Shown here one piece after another: positions 52,001-64,000 of a DNA stretch of 64,000 bases. Numbering within the stretch: position 1 is the first letter of the stretch; the number at the start of each line of letters is the position of its first letter. The stretch is taken from NCBI GenBank assembly GCA_030704615.1, contig CM060731.1, positions 65,782,001 to 65,846,000 of the forward strand, given 5' to 3'. Origin of the DNA: Takakia lepidozioides (lineage: Eukaryota; Plantae; Bryophyta). Made by a program: the position numbers and the translations under genes. The notes beneath the pieces were generated by a model. That model saw only the letters and a program-made list of their open reading frames with translations, had not been told where the DNA came from and ran no database searches.

Positions 52001-55000
52001 AGGGTTTTTGGGGGACAGAGCTGGGACTCAGAAGCAAAGCAATGGTGTTGGTAGCATGCATATTGCAATGCACAACGTTGGGTTGGCTGGAGCTCTTACC
52101 TGCATCCCTGCGTGTGGATGAACAGTATGAAGAGCCCTGTCTGTTGTTCCTTCCTTACCCTCGACGAAGCCGCAGCACCCTGCAAATCCCAGTTGAGACT
52201 GCCCCTTTGGTGGAGGAACCTAGGATGGAAGCTGTAAAATCGAAGGAGTATGTCACTGTACCATATTGCGCACCAGCCTTGCCTTCTGAGTCGAGCACAT
52301 ACATATCTGACAGTCAAAATGTGGGTCAAAGCCAGAGACCACAGGCGGACTTGATATCTGTCTCTGAGTCTTGTACCTCATCAATCCACAGTAGCAGGAT
52401 AGGGCCAAGCAACAACGAGAATGATATCAATGGGCATCATAGTCTGGGCTCGCCTTGGGGAAGTGGAGTTGAGTTCCATCGGTCTACTAAGAGAGGCATG
52501 CTGATGTTAAAGCAGGAAAGGTACGAGGCACAGATACGTACATTCAGAACACTGTTGAAGTACACAGTGGAGCATTTCTGTCAGCTTTATGGCCTGGAAC
52601 TGAGCATGCTGGCACTGCTGGTTAGTAGCTTTGCACTGCTCAATGTGGTGTCCCTGCTCTATATTCTGGTGCTGGCCCTCTGCATCATCCTCAGCCGGCG
52701 CACATTACGGATGCTGTGGCCCTTCTTTGTGGTGCTGGTCGCATGTTTGCTGGTGACAGAGTATGCTGTGCTTGCAAATGCACCTCCAGCCTGGAATGTT
52801 CTTGATCCATTGGTTGTAGATGGAGTGCAAGGTCGCTGTCATGACTGCTGGAAGAATTACAGTGGCCAGATGGCGCGTTGCTGGAAATGTTGGCTTGGTA
52901 TGTTTGCCATCAAAGTCCTTTTCTGATATTAGCAATCTCCACATCACTGAGTTGGTCTAATATGCTTATGACCTGGCTTGAGTATTCACAGTACCGCTGT
53001 GGAAGAGTAGTAATGCTTTTGTTCATTCCCTTTTCCAGCTGCTCAATTACTCATTAGTCAATCACTGGCTTGTATTAGAACAGTGCATTCCTTGATCTAT
53101 TTCTGTAGGCACAAGGATGTGGTGTTTTCCATTGTCTGGAACGACATTCTTGGATGTGGACAATCTTTGGGTAGGGCTCTCTCTTGCTCTTCCAGAAGCA
53201 TAAATATGACTTCAACCCCAGAGTGGTATTTGATATGCGTGCTGTTTCCCATTTGATTGGGGTGGCTGCAGGTATGCTGGTTGATGACCAGCAAGCACTG
53301 GTGGCCCATTTTATGGTTTTTATCGTTGCTGGTTTCCAGTTACGTGCCAACTTGTCAGCAGGAGGTTTAGACACACGCTCATTTCATGCACCCATCATCC
53401 CAGCCAGTGACAGGCTAGCCTGGAAAGAGATTTCGTATGATACAACTGCTCAATGGACGTGGCTTGACCATCTGCGTTATTACTTCTATCGCAATCTCCT
53501 TCATGTGGTTCTATTGCTGCTGTTTGTGACAGGCACACTGCAGTATGATGTGTTACATCTGGGTTATCTTGCATTTGCTCTCATTTTTTTCCGCATGCGC
53601 AGCACCATCATGAAGCGTGGCAACTCCATTTTTTGCTTCTTGCGTCTCTACAACTTCATCCTTATTGTTGCTTCACTGACCTACCAAGCACCCTGCTTTG
53701 GTTACGTGAGTAGTGAGACATGCACTTTACCGCTGAGTTTATACATCATCGTGGGGCTTTACAAGTATGACTATGGTTTTCGGATCACAGAGCGGTCTGC
53801 ATTGGTCGACATCGCCATCTTTTGTCTGGTAGGCTTGCAAGCCTACATTTTTCGAACCAGTGAGTTTGGGCAGATGCTGCGCTACCTTGAAGCACAGAAA
53901 GTGGAGGCCCGTGCACATGCACAGGTACTAAACACATTTTTGTAGTGGCTAGTTGATTAATCACAATCGTTGACTTGATGTACTCTGCAATGACCTCGCT
54001 GAAAACAACCAGATTACAGCCAATGTTCCACCCACTTGTTGTATAAGCAGCAAGTGAATCTTCGTTGATTGTCACTGTACATGGTCACATATTGAGTCGA
54101 GCTGTTTTTTGATACCTGCAGGAGGGTAAAACAGCTTGGAAAAAAGAGCAGCTGCGGCACATACGGGAGTTGGAGGAGCGCAAGCAGCAACGCCGCCTGC
54201 AAGTGGACAAGATGAAATTTGATATGCTGCACATGCAACTGCGACTGAAAGGGCTTGGTGCTACTGGCCCTATGATTGAGCTGTCCGATCGAGGTGGGCC
54301 TATTCACCCATCCATGTCACCTTTTTCTCATGCCGAGTCCCCCAAACCCTCCCTTGGCACCCCTCAGGTCGAGCGTATGGTTAATGAAACAGTGGCGGTG
54401 AGGGGGACAGAGGCAGGGGAAATTCAGGGATTGTCTGCTGACAACCACTTGCCAGCCACCAGACCTCATGCCCAATCTTACTCTGTAGAGTCAGATGATA
54501 GTGGTGGAGAAATCAGTGTGGTGCGGAAGAGGAAAAATACACACATGAGAAGGATGGTAGCAAGTAGTGATGATTCGCTCATTACTGAGAGACCTGTTAA
54601 GCCAGAAGAACCTCACCCTGGCAGACTGCGGAAAGCTCTGACAGACTCAGCTGCACTGAACAACATGGTGCCAGGTTTGGGCCTACCAAGTCCTTCACTG
54701 CCAAGCTCCCCTAGTCTGGAGATGAAAAGGCGGGGGCAGCTAGATGGTGGCAAAGTATATCAGAAGCAGGGGCTGCTGTCAAGCATGCCATTTCTAGAAG
54801 GTGTTGTGCAGGTGCAGTCACTGTGGAACAGAGCCCTGCCCAATTTGGTGGGTCTTTTGGATTTGGAGCAAGAGGATGAGAGCACAGAGAGTTCTTCCAC
54901 GGAAGATGAAGGGCGTACTGACAAGCGAGGAAGCCAAGTTCAGGAAGCCCCTAGGCATAACCTGCCACCCAAGGTGGCAGGAAGGGGACGGAGTTCTCGG

Positions 55001-58000
55001 CGGTTGATAATGAATGAGACATGGCGCCGGTTGTGCATGCTGTGCTACTACTTCTGGTGTCAGATCAGTCAAAACACGGCTGTTGTTTGCTACTTCTTCT
55101 TTGTTGTTGTCTATGTCTGGAACTTCAGTATGCTCACTCTGGTGTTCCCCTCTGCCTTGTTTGTTTATGCATTGCTTGTGAACCCAGGCCCCAGCCAGCA
55201 CTTTTGGCTGGCGATGCTTATATATACAGAGTTAAATATATTACTCCAGTATTGTTATCAAATTCGTGCGAAACACTGTGATAATATGGAACCATCCCCA
55301 TGGCTGAGAAAATTTGGAATTCCAGGGTCCCTGAGGTCCCACTCCTTTGTAATTAGCGTCCTCCCTCTCTTCCTAGTGTATTTGGCTACCTTAGTGCAGA
55401 GCTCAATCAAAGCTCGAGATGGTGAGTGGATGTTTGTGGATGAAAGCAATTCTTTTGCGTCCAGTCGCCGAATGTTGGATCCGGAGGGGCAGATTGGAGC
55501 ATCTCATAGGCTAACTGTATGTGAAAGATTATGGACACTTGTAAAATGGGTTAAGGACATGTTCCAGAACCTCATCAGAGGACTATCCAGGTATTGGCAG
55601 GCTCTTACTAGTGGCTCAGAAGCTCCCCCACACTTTGTGCAAGTGTCAATGGATGTTGGCAAGTGGCCGGAAGCAGGCATTCAGCCAGAGCGAATCGAGT
55701 CTGGATTCAATCGAGTTCTTGCAGCTGTGAGACACTCAAGCTCTGCAGATGGGGAGTTGCTCCTCTCGGACATGTGCAGTCGGGTACAAGTAGAGAGCAT
55801 AGAGAGCAGCCCTGGTAAGATGCATGCAGCACTCGCTGTGCTGGAGGTAATTTATGCGGCTCCTTCCAAGGCACATGTAGCTGATGCCCACCAACTGTCC
55901 CTCACTCCAGCAGCTGACGTTGCAGCTGAACTGCAGAGAGCAAAAGAAGAAGGGCAGGTGGAAGCAACTGGGTTCCCTTACCCTATATTGTCAATTATAC
56001 CAGGGGGCAAGCGCGAAGTTGACCTGTATGCTTTTATCTTTGGCACTGATCTGATCACATTCCTGTTTGTGGCGCTTGCCTATCAATCATTTGTCAAGCG
56101 CAGTCCTCAGTTGCTCGATGTCACCAGAGTGGAGGACCAATTTCCCAAAGATTTTGTCTATGTACTTATGGTTGGTACTTTTATCCTCTTCTGCTTGGCT
56201 TTGATCTCTTGGATGTGCTCATGTTAAGTAGTTTTGCAAAGTTCTTATCTACATACTTCACGCACTTGTCTGTCCATATGCACATGTCAAGCAGAAGCTT
56301 CTCAACAGGACAGGGAATGTAATGAGAAAAGAATACAGGATAGAAGGAGGAAGGCAATGTTAGATGCCTGTGGTATTGGGTTTTACTGATGCAGGAGGAT
56401 TTGGTTTGTTGTGGGTGCACATGCATGCAGACATTGTTCTTTTTGATTGTGGTTGACCGAGTACTCTATCTATTCTCTTGTGCAACGGGCAAAGTGTTAA
56501 ATTACTTCCTCAGCCTTAGTCTTTACACAGTATATGCGTCACGGTGTGTCTGGGGGATGGAGGCCACTGTAGAGCCTGAGCCTCAGGTCTATTTTTTCCA
56601 ACTGCTGCCGCTACGTGTGTTCTATATGATGAAGGGGCTGTCGCTAGCACTGCAAGCATCGCAGATCAAGCATGGCCTCCCTCACAAGAGTGCTCTGTAT
56701 GGGCAGTTCCTGGCCAGACATGTCAATCGTCTCAGCTGGGTGGGTTTCCGTCTTTACCGGGCCCTGCCATTCCTTTTTGAGCTGCGCTGCGTGCTGGACT
56801 GGTCGTGCACCACAACTGCCCTCACCATGTATGACTGGCTTAAGGTATGTTCCTATCAGTGTTGAGCAATGGACCAAGTTGATGTGTGTGAAGGTCATAC
56901 ATGCCAATAGGGTTGAGGGATTCTCCAATGATTGGATCTGCCTACAATATGCAAATAAGATCTACCTTTAAAGTTACTTCATCGTGGGTTGTGTTACTAC
57001 AAACATATTTAAGCTCTGGATGTCCCTTCTCTAGATCTATATTTTATTTCATGAGCCAGGCTTGAAAAGATGGGGGAGGAAAGGCCATGGATTCTTGTTG
57101 GCATTCCAGACACCAGGGGGAAGGCGGCACAAGAGAAGAAGACAATTGCCATAGCCTTCCTGGTCTGGAGGCAGCTGAAGAAGAAGGAAAGAGAAAGAAA
57201 GAACATTGCTTGCTGCAGCAGAGAGAGGGATCACTCATTAGAGTTTAATTTCTGTAGCCTTTTGGCAGTAGGCCTCGCGACCGGTTTGGACTGAGTCCCC
57301 CCGCACTGTCCTTGTGAAGACTCATTCTAGTAGAGGGGTAATCTTTGCAATGAAATTTATTATAGCCTTCCACTCTTTCTCAGGAAATCATGCCCTCTAT
57401 CTGGTGCGAGTAATCATCTGACAATTGAGACACAAGGAGGGCAACAGCTTTTGGTGTTTGCTCTTGCTCTTTGATTTGAGTGGAAAGACATGCAGTGACA
57501 GTCTGTTTGATGCTTTTCAAGAGTGCCACTCATTATAAAAGGACACTGGCTACAGTGCATCGAGAACTTGTTGGAAATCCCTATCATGCCAAATGGGTTG
57601 ATTTCTTAGAGTTTGTTTGAAATTCAGCCTAGTGTCCAGCTCGTGTTAGTCCATCCTCATTTTCTGTGGAAGTTGTAAAGAATCTCCAAGTAGATTGTGT
57701 CGGGATTCAGCTCGGATGGAGAGAGATTGTACTCATACGACATTTGCCGTAGCCTTGTGGGATCGAGAGAGAGAGAATGTACTCATAAGACGTTGTTTGC
57801 CGTAGCCTTGTGGCCATTGACCCCGCGCCCAGTTTGAGCGGAAACCAAAGGGACAGAACCTACCTCTGTCAGGGGCTGACATTGGTAGTAAGACTTACCT
57901 TTATACATAGAATTGATTCGGGTTTCCCAGATATCCTCTAGAAATCCCTTCACACAAGCATCAATCTGCTGTGTGTGATTTGCCCAAAAACTAGGCCTCA

Positions 58001-61000
58001 GAAAAGCCTGGGCTTTTGGCTCAGCCTCGAGACTTTCAAAGTTGGTAAACAGAGGTACAGGCACAATTCTCTTGATAAATTGGAGGAGAGCTTCTCTCTG
58101 GTGAGGGTACCCCGGACAGTGAATCAGAAAATGAATATTGTCTTGGGGTTGCCCACACAACGGGCAATTGCACTCTACCTTTGCTCTCTGCTTCTGTTTA
58201 CAGTTCAAAGGTAGGCTTCTTGCCCTGAGTTTAAATTTCAGTCTGGTGCCGAGAGTGGGTAGACCCTTGAGGTCATCCATGATATCCTCCCCCATGTCAC
58301 AGAATGGAAACAGGTTCAAGGAAGTTTTCTGCCTAACTTCATTTGCATCAGACAATTTTCTGGTAACAGACATGGCTTTGGACACTACAGTCTCTAAGTC
58401 AGAATTATCCAGCAAGGTCAAGACTTGCGGGTCCAGATTCAGATCCTTGAGAATCTCTTCTACTCTCTTCTGCCAGGACTTAGCCTGTTTGGCAGGGCGG
58501 TCCTGTTTCCAAGATATAGAGTCCATTAACTTAGGGTATCTGGTGTTGGACGTGTTGCAACTGACCCCACCATCTGACCTTGAATTCATCTCGTCGGGAG
58601 CTTAAGGAAGGGATGCCAAACTCACCCCGAACAGCCGCATTGGCTGTTTTGGAGCATGCTGACATGCACTCCTTAAGCACCCCCACTTGAATGGATTCTA
58701 GAGACTTAGCCTGGTTGGAGTTATCAAACCATATAGCAGATCCGTACTCCAAGGCAGGTCTAATAACGCGGCAAAGCAAGGTTTTCTTGACCTCAGAGTT
58801 AATCCCTCTGCAGTGGAAAAATTTAGTGAGACTCAGCGCTTTGCCCTTGCCAGTTTGAACAACTTTCTGGATATGTGCATCCCAGTTACAGTTGGAGGAA
58901 AACTCAACGAAGAGAGGACTGGAATCTCTTGGCTACCCCACTGCCACTTAAGATCACTTCCTCCCTCTCCTCTGTCGTTGAATGCCACCACTGCACATTT
59001 ACTGACATTAGCCTCTAGCCCCCAAAGATCAAAGTATCTCTTCGCGCAATCAATCAATTCCTGGAGGTTGAAAGGAGTCTCCCCTATGCCTGCGAAGTCA
59101 TCCGCAAACATAAGGGCTGGAATGGTGGCATCACCCACCCTTAACCCAAATCCCTCACGTTCTACATCCTCGAGGAGTTGATTGATGAAAACATTGAAGA
59201 GCAGAGGGGAGAGGGTACATCCTTGAGCTACACCTTGGTCTATGTCAAAGAGTAACACAGCTTTTGGTGTGAGCATACAAGTTATGGACAACTCTCCACA
59301 TTTTTCCCTTGATTCCGCAAGACCAGAGTCGGAGCCATAGACCATCTCTCCACACTGTGTCATAAGCCTTTTTGACATCCAAGAAAAAACAAAAGTGGGT
59401 TTCCCTTCTTTTTTCCTTCCCTGAATAATCTGGCTTAGAGTGAAGATATGGTCCACACAGCCCCTGTTTCGCCGAAAGCCAGCTTGGCCTTCGTGAAAAC
59501 AACCTCTAGATTCCAGATCAACCTCGAGACGGGTACTTATAACTCTGCAAAATATCTTGCCAACAGCATTGAGAAGCGTGATGCCACGATAGTTCCCCGG
59601 GTCTTCTCTGTCACCCTTCTTATATAGATTGACAATGACCCCCTGTCGCCAGCGAAAGGGGATCATTTCAGTCCTCTAGATAAGGTTAAAGAAAAGAACT
59701 AGGGCCTATCATGGGATCGCCACCGTGCTTGATAAGCTCGTTGACTATGCCATCAGGTCCACCAGCTTTATATCCGTTGGAATGCTCAATTGCTTCCACA
59801 ATCTCAGAAGAAAATGCGTAGTGGTGGCATTCAACGGCCGTGGAGAAGGCTCAGAGGGGCTCTCAATTGCTAGAATCCATTCAGGTCGCAGTGCTCAAAG
59901 AAAGAATGTCGGCATGTTGTACATGAACAGCATGGGGCAAGTTCAGCATACCTCCCTTAAGCTCTGGACGTGATGAAGGGCAAATGGTGGGATCAGCTGA
60001 GTTGCATGCTTAATACCAGAAACCCTAAGGCCTGCAGGAAATAAACACACAGAAGTCAGAGCAACATGGGAGCCCCTGCAACACATCCATCTAATGTAGC
60101 CACCCCCCATTTGTCCCGATAAAGATTAAGTTGGGCAATATGAAACTTCCCTAAACTTGTTTCCAGTCTGTCACATAGGCGAGGACTAAAGATGATCTCA
60201 AGGAACTACCTGCCCGTGGCAATAGGCTGCAATCTAAACTCAGGGCCTACCTTTGAACAGTAAACTTGGAGGGGCTCGGAGGGGCTCTCAAATGGAAGTC
60301 ATGGGGTCAAGAAGACTCCCTGTACCACTTCCTACACATATCGCAGCGTTCAGTTTTCCTCCAATTGTACCTGGGATGTGCATATACAGAAAGTGATCTG
60401 AAAATCAGCTAAGCGCAAAGCTATAGGGTCTCACCAAATTCTTCTACTACAGAGGGGCTGATACTGAAGTTAAAACGACCATGCTTTCCAACATTGTTAG
60501 GGCTGTCTTCGAGTATGCATCTGTTCTGTGGGTTCAAAACTCCAACCATGCTAAATCTTGCTAGAATCCATTCAGGTCGCAGTGCTCAAAGAAAGAATGT
60601 CGGCATGTTGTACATGAACAGCTAATGTGGCTGTGTGGGGCAAGTTCAGCATACCTCCCTTAAGCTCTGGACGTGATGAATTGAATGGCAAATGGTGGGA
60701 TCAGCTGAGTCGCATGCTTAATACCAGAAACCCTAAGGCCCGCAGGAAATAAACACACAGAAGTCAGAGGAACATGGGAGCCCCTGCAACACATCCAGCT
60801 AATGTAGCCACCCCCATTTGTCCCCATTCCTCCTGAAGTTGGGCAATATAAAACTTCCCTAAACTTGTTTCCAGTCTGTCACATAGGCGAGGACTAAAGA
60901 TGATCTCAAGGAACTACCTGCCCTTGGCAATAGACTGAAATCTAAACTCAGGGCTGGAAGCCTACCTTTGAACAGTAAACAAACCCTGCAAAGATTAAAT

Positions 61001-61350
61001 GTATGTGTCCTTCCATTCTTCAGAGTTCCCCTCACTGTTAGACCTAGAAGTTCTGTCAAGGATACTGTAGTGGGTTTCAAAGGTTTTGACAATGTCAACC
61101 GTTGAAGTCACCACTGCACCCTTAGTAGTCCTCAGCGCTTGTCCTTGCTGACAGTTTTTCGGCTTGTACAAACGTTGAAGGGCCAACCAGAATCTCTTGT
61201 CATTACCACCATGGTGGTTTGATTTTATTTCACTGGATAGCTTGTCCCAGTATAATTTCTTCTGAGACCTTACAAGCTGATTGATATCTTTGCGGATCTG
61301 GTAGTGCCTAGCCCACAATTCTTTGTTGGTTTTCAAATTGCAGCAGTCTT

Positions 61351-61397
<47 letters not shown>

Positions 61398-62357
61398 TGC
61401 TGTTGTTCAAGACCTCCTTTAAAGTTAACTTTTTGGTGTTTGTGGTTCTAAATGGCGGGACAGCTCGAGGACATATATGGCAGTTTGTTTCTGGTGCAGT
61501 GTATTGTAAAGCTTGTTCGAGAGAAGCATCGGTTGGGGCAGAAGCAGGGATTGTTGATTAAGTTTTGCAGTGGTGTGCTCCTTTTCTCAGCTCTCATCGC
61601 TGTCATATGGGCTCCTATGTTGGTGTGTTTCTCACCTTCTGATCTGTAACTGGGTTTGTCAAGCTCTGCTTTCTTCATCTGGCCACATGCTTGCTATACT
61701 CTATCTGGTCCATAGAGGTTTCTGATCTTCTACTCGACAGCAATAAGGCACCCTGGTGATTATATGCTGTCATTTTTTAGAGGCTGAGTAGTGGTTCATA
61801 TCACTGCATTAGTCTCTTAGGAAAGCCATCTGAGCAGTGCTGCATATCCTGGTCTGCAGATATATAGTAGTGGCAACCCGACAAACATGGTGAATCCCGT
61901 CACCAATGTCCATGCAGGCATTGAAGTGAAAACAGCAGGTGGCACGTTCACACTTTATGAAACTGGCCTATGCCATATTCGCGATCTGGAGGCATATGTG
62001 GATGATATGTGGTATGCACTTTCTTCGTACGACATACGCGATGTGCAGATCATTTGCTGTGAACAAGATGCTGCTTCCCTCTGGCTCATCCCACCTCGCA
62101 CCCTACAGAGCTTGATACGCTCTATTGATGATGATAATTTGTCTTTCCTACTTTGGTGGGAATTCACTCGAGAACGACCTAAAGGAAAAGAAGTCGTTCG
62201 ATTTACAGATGTGGTGACCAATATAGAAAACACGGTGGTGGGCACTCAGTTGAAGGCCGTGTTCAATGGCACCCTTAATGCTGTTACCATTTCTGGTTTA
62301 TATCCTCTCTTCCTCCGAGTGCCTGGTTCTGGCAATGTGCATCGATTGGAAAGTTCC
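43076..62357 (+). CDS. PIEZO: PIEZO-type mechanosensitive ion channel, multi-exon, 3' end outside the window
   Basis: Exons include 43076-43130, 43498-43578, 43844-44003, 44702-44877, 45177-~45345, ~46057-46245, several smaller exons to ~51060, 51233-52897, 53272-53924, 54122-56170, 56431-56844, 61464-61622 and 61860-62357. It carries the diagnostic PFEW motif (ALPFLFELRCVLDWSCTTTALTMYDWLK|LEDI), VIWAPML|IYSSGNP, GLYKYDYGFRIT and many transmembrane segments. Confidence 0.96.
57720..61350 (-). mobile_element. 5'-truncated, rearranged LINE (non-LTR retrotransposon) in a PIEZO intron
   Basis: ORF2 pieces: linker (61336-60995), RT (PGNYRGITLL, QAGFR, FLDVKKAYDTVW, GVAQGCTLSPLLF, LMFADD; 59666-58833), RPALEYGS, and C-terminal CPLC..DNIHFLIHC (58589-57783). 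The 3' end ttatgagtacat(tc)n is duplicated at 57720-57790. Inverted and duplicated pieces lie at 59780-60990. Confidence 0.92.
59868..60985. repeat. ~400-bp direct duplication of scrambled LINE pieces
   Basis: tgctagaatccattcaggtcgcagtgctcaaagaaagaatgtcggc... starts at ~59868 and ~60559, and each copy runs to ...cctacctttgaacagtaaac. Confidence 0.85.
61354..61394. repeat. (GA)n microsatellite, ~20 units
   Basis: Read directly from the sequence. Confidence 0.95.
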
Positions 62358-62564
62358 GTAAGTAAATGTTTTGCTTTGCCTTTTCAACCCTACTGACTAA
62401 CCATACTGCAGAAAATTAGGCCCCTAGGGCAGTGGCCAGCAGAGATGTTGTTTACAAACAAATGCATGTATTGTACAATGAGTCTACTCAGTTGGGTCTG
62501 TCCCCTTCACAAGAAAGAGGGCTGTAATCAAGTTCTTCCAAACTAGGCTTTGTAACTCACTCTT

Positions 62565-63320
62565 TAGGTTAATCGACTATATATCTTGGAAGCAGGAGCA
62601 CCCTGTCAAACAGGCGAAGTCCTGCGGAAGAGGGTAGAAGAGATTTTCAAGGATCTGACTCTAAGTCTACAAGCCATGATTCTGCTGGATAAGTCTGACT
62701 TAGAGGCTGAAGTTTCCAAAACCATGTCTGTTGCCAGGAAATTGTCTGATGAGAATGAAGTTAGGCAGAAAACTTCCCTGAACCTGTTTCCAGTCTGTGA
62801 CATGGGTGAGGCCATCATGGATGACCTCAAGGGTTCACCTACTCTCGGCACTAGACTGAAATTCAAACTCAGGGCAGGTAGCCTCCCTTTGAACAGCAAA
62901 CAGACGCAGAGAGGAAAGGGGGATTGTAAGTGCCCGTTGTGGGGGCAACCTGAAGACAATGTCCACTTCCTGATTCATTGTCCTGGGTACTCTCACCAGA
63001 GAGACACCCTCTTCAATTCCATCAAGGGAATTGTTCCTGTACCTCTGTTTACCAACTTTGAAAATCTTGTGGCTGAGCCAAAAGCTCAGGCCCTTTTGGG
63101 GTCTAGTTATCGGTTAAATCACACACAGCAGATTGATGTTTGTGTGAAGGGATTTCTAGAGGATATCTGGAAAACTTGGATCAATTGCATGTTTCAAGGT
63201 AGGTCATACCACTAGTGTCAGTCCCTGAGAAAAGTAGTTTCTGTCCCTTTGTGTTCCGCTCAAACTGGGCGCGGGGTCAATGGCCACAAGGCTTCGGCAA
63301 ACAATGTCTTATGAGTACAT
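62565..63320 (+). mobile_element. 5'-truncated 3' end of the same LINE family, in the next PIEZO intron and in opposite orientation
   Basis: ORF 62586-63215 (KRVEEIFKDL...GTRLKFKLRAGSLPLN...DNVHFLIHC) is paralogous to 57783-58589 and ends gtcttatgagtacat. Confidence 0.92.
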
Positions 63321-64000
63321 TTTTTAGGCTCACCTCGGCACTCAACTGAAATTTGAACTTAGGGCAGTTCTAACCAGCCCAATGCAGAAAGCCTAGAATA
63401 GAACTTCGCCAATTGCACAGCGAAGTAGCTTACAAACATTAAAATTACAGAATGGGTCGAGTTATCTTCTATGATCGGTGTGAGCATCAGACAAGGTCCT
63501 CCCAACCAACCCGACTAGTCTTGGTTCTACTCTGGTAGAACGTCCCTTAGTCTCCATGTTTGCTGGAGTTGGCTGCTTGTATCTAAGTTTCTTTCTAGGA
63601 ACTGACCCGATTGCTCTTTCAGCAATATGCCCAGCACTATCGGAAGGGAAATGTCTTATTCACTAACTGCCAGTCTAGGGACTTAGCCCGAAAATGGCTA
63701 AGTCCCTGGACGGCAATAGGGCCTAGAACTGGAAAACGGCGCCGAATTGACTTAGTAATAAAGCTTACTTAGCTTCACTTTGTACACAGTACATCATATC
63801 ATAATGCTCCATGTATCCCCATTGGATTTCCTTGGTCTCCAGACAGTTAGTCACCAAGCCAAGTACTGTCATGCAGTGTTATATTCTGAATGCTCTTCGG
63901 CTCATTGTATGGGAGAGTGTGGTTGAAAAGGCACTAGGTCTGGCTTAATGCGGTCCCTCGCTAATTATCGCACTGAGTGTGCAGCTCTCTTGGTTACTTC

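Noticed and set aside
51202-56865. 574-, 253-, 685- and 158-aa ORFs as separate genes
   Set aside because: They are large exons of the single PIEZO gene, joined by in-phase GT-AG junctions.

Overview
Eukaryotic, intron-containing land-plant genomic DNA. It is probably a non-seed plant such as a bryophyte or lycophyte, inferred from a Tcn1/Tf1-type chromovirus and PLS-PPR debris; the species cannot be determined. Intact-looking genes from left to right: (1) a conserved plant membrane protein of unknown function (- strand, runs off the left edge); (2) a SEC12-like WD40 Sar1-GEF (-); (3) a 63-aa secreted 8-Cys peptide precursor with a ginsentide/knottin-like Cys pattern (+); (4) a two-exon DEDDy (WRN/WEX-type) 3'-5' exonuclease with a long repeat-built, WG/GW-rich N-terminus resembling an Argonaute hook (-), preceded by a 44-bp tandem array and a hAT MITE; (5) a long multi-exon PIEZO mechanosensitive channel gene (+, runs off the right edge). 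Between these lie pseudogene fragments (TolB-like beta-propeller, PLS-PPR, OSB-type PDF motifs, possible MYB), a decayed Ty3/Gypsy chromovirus with a self-priming PBS and a nested TIR element, several copies of one LINE family, and tandem repeats. The best candidates for new biology are the GW-hook exonuclease, the small cysteine-rich peptide, and inverted LINE copies that bracket two in-frame PIEZO exons.
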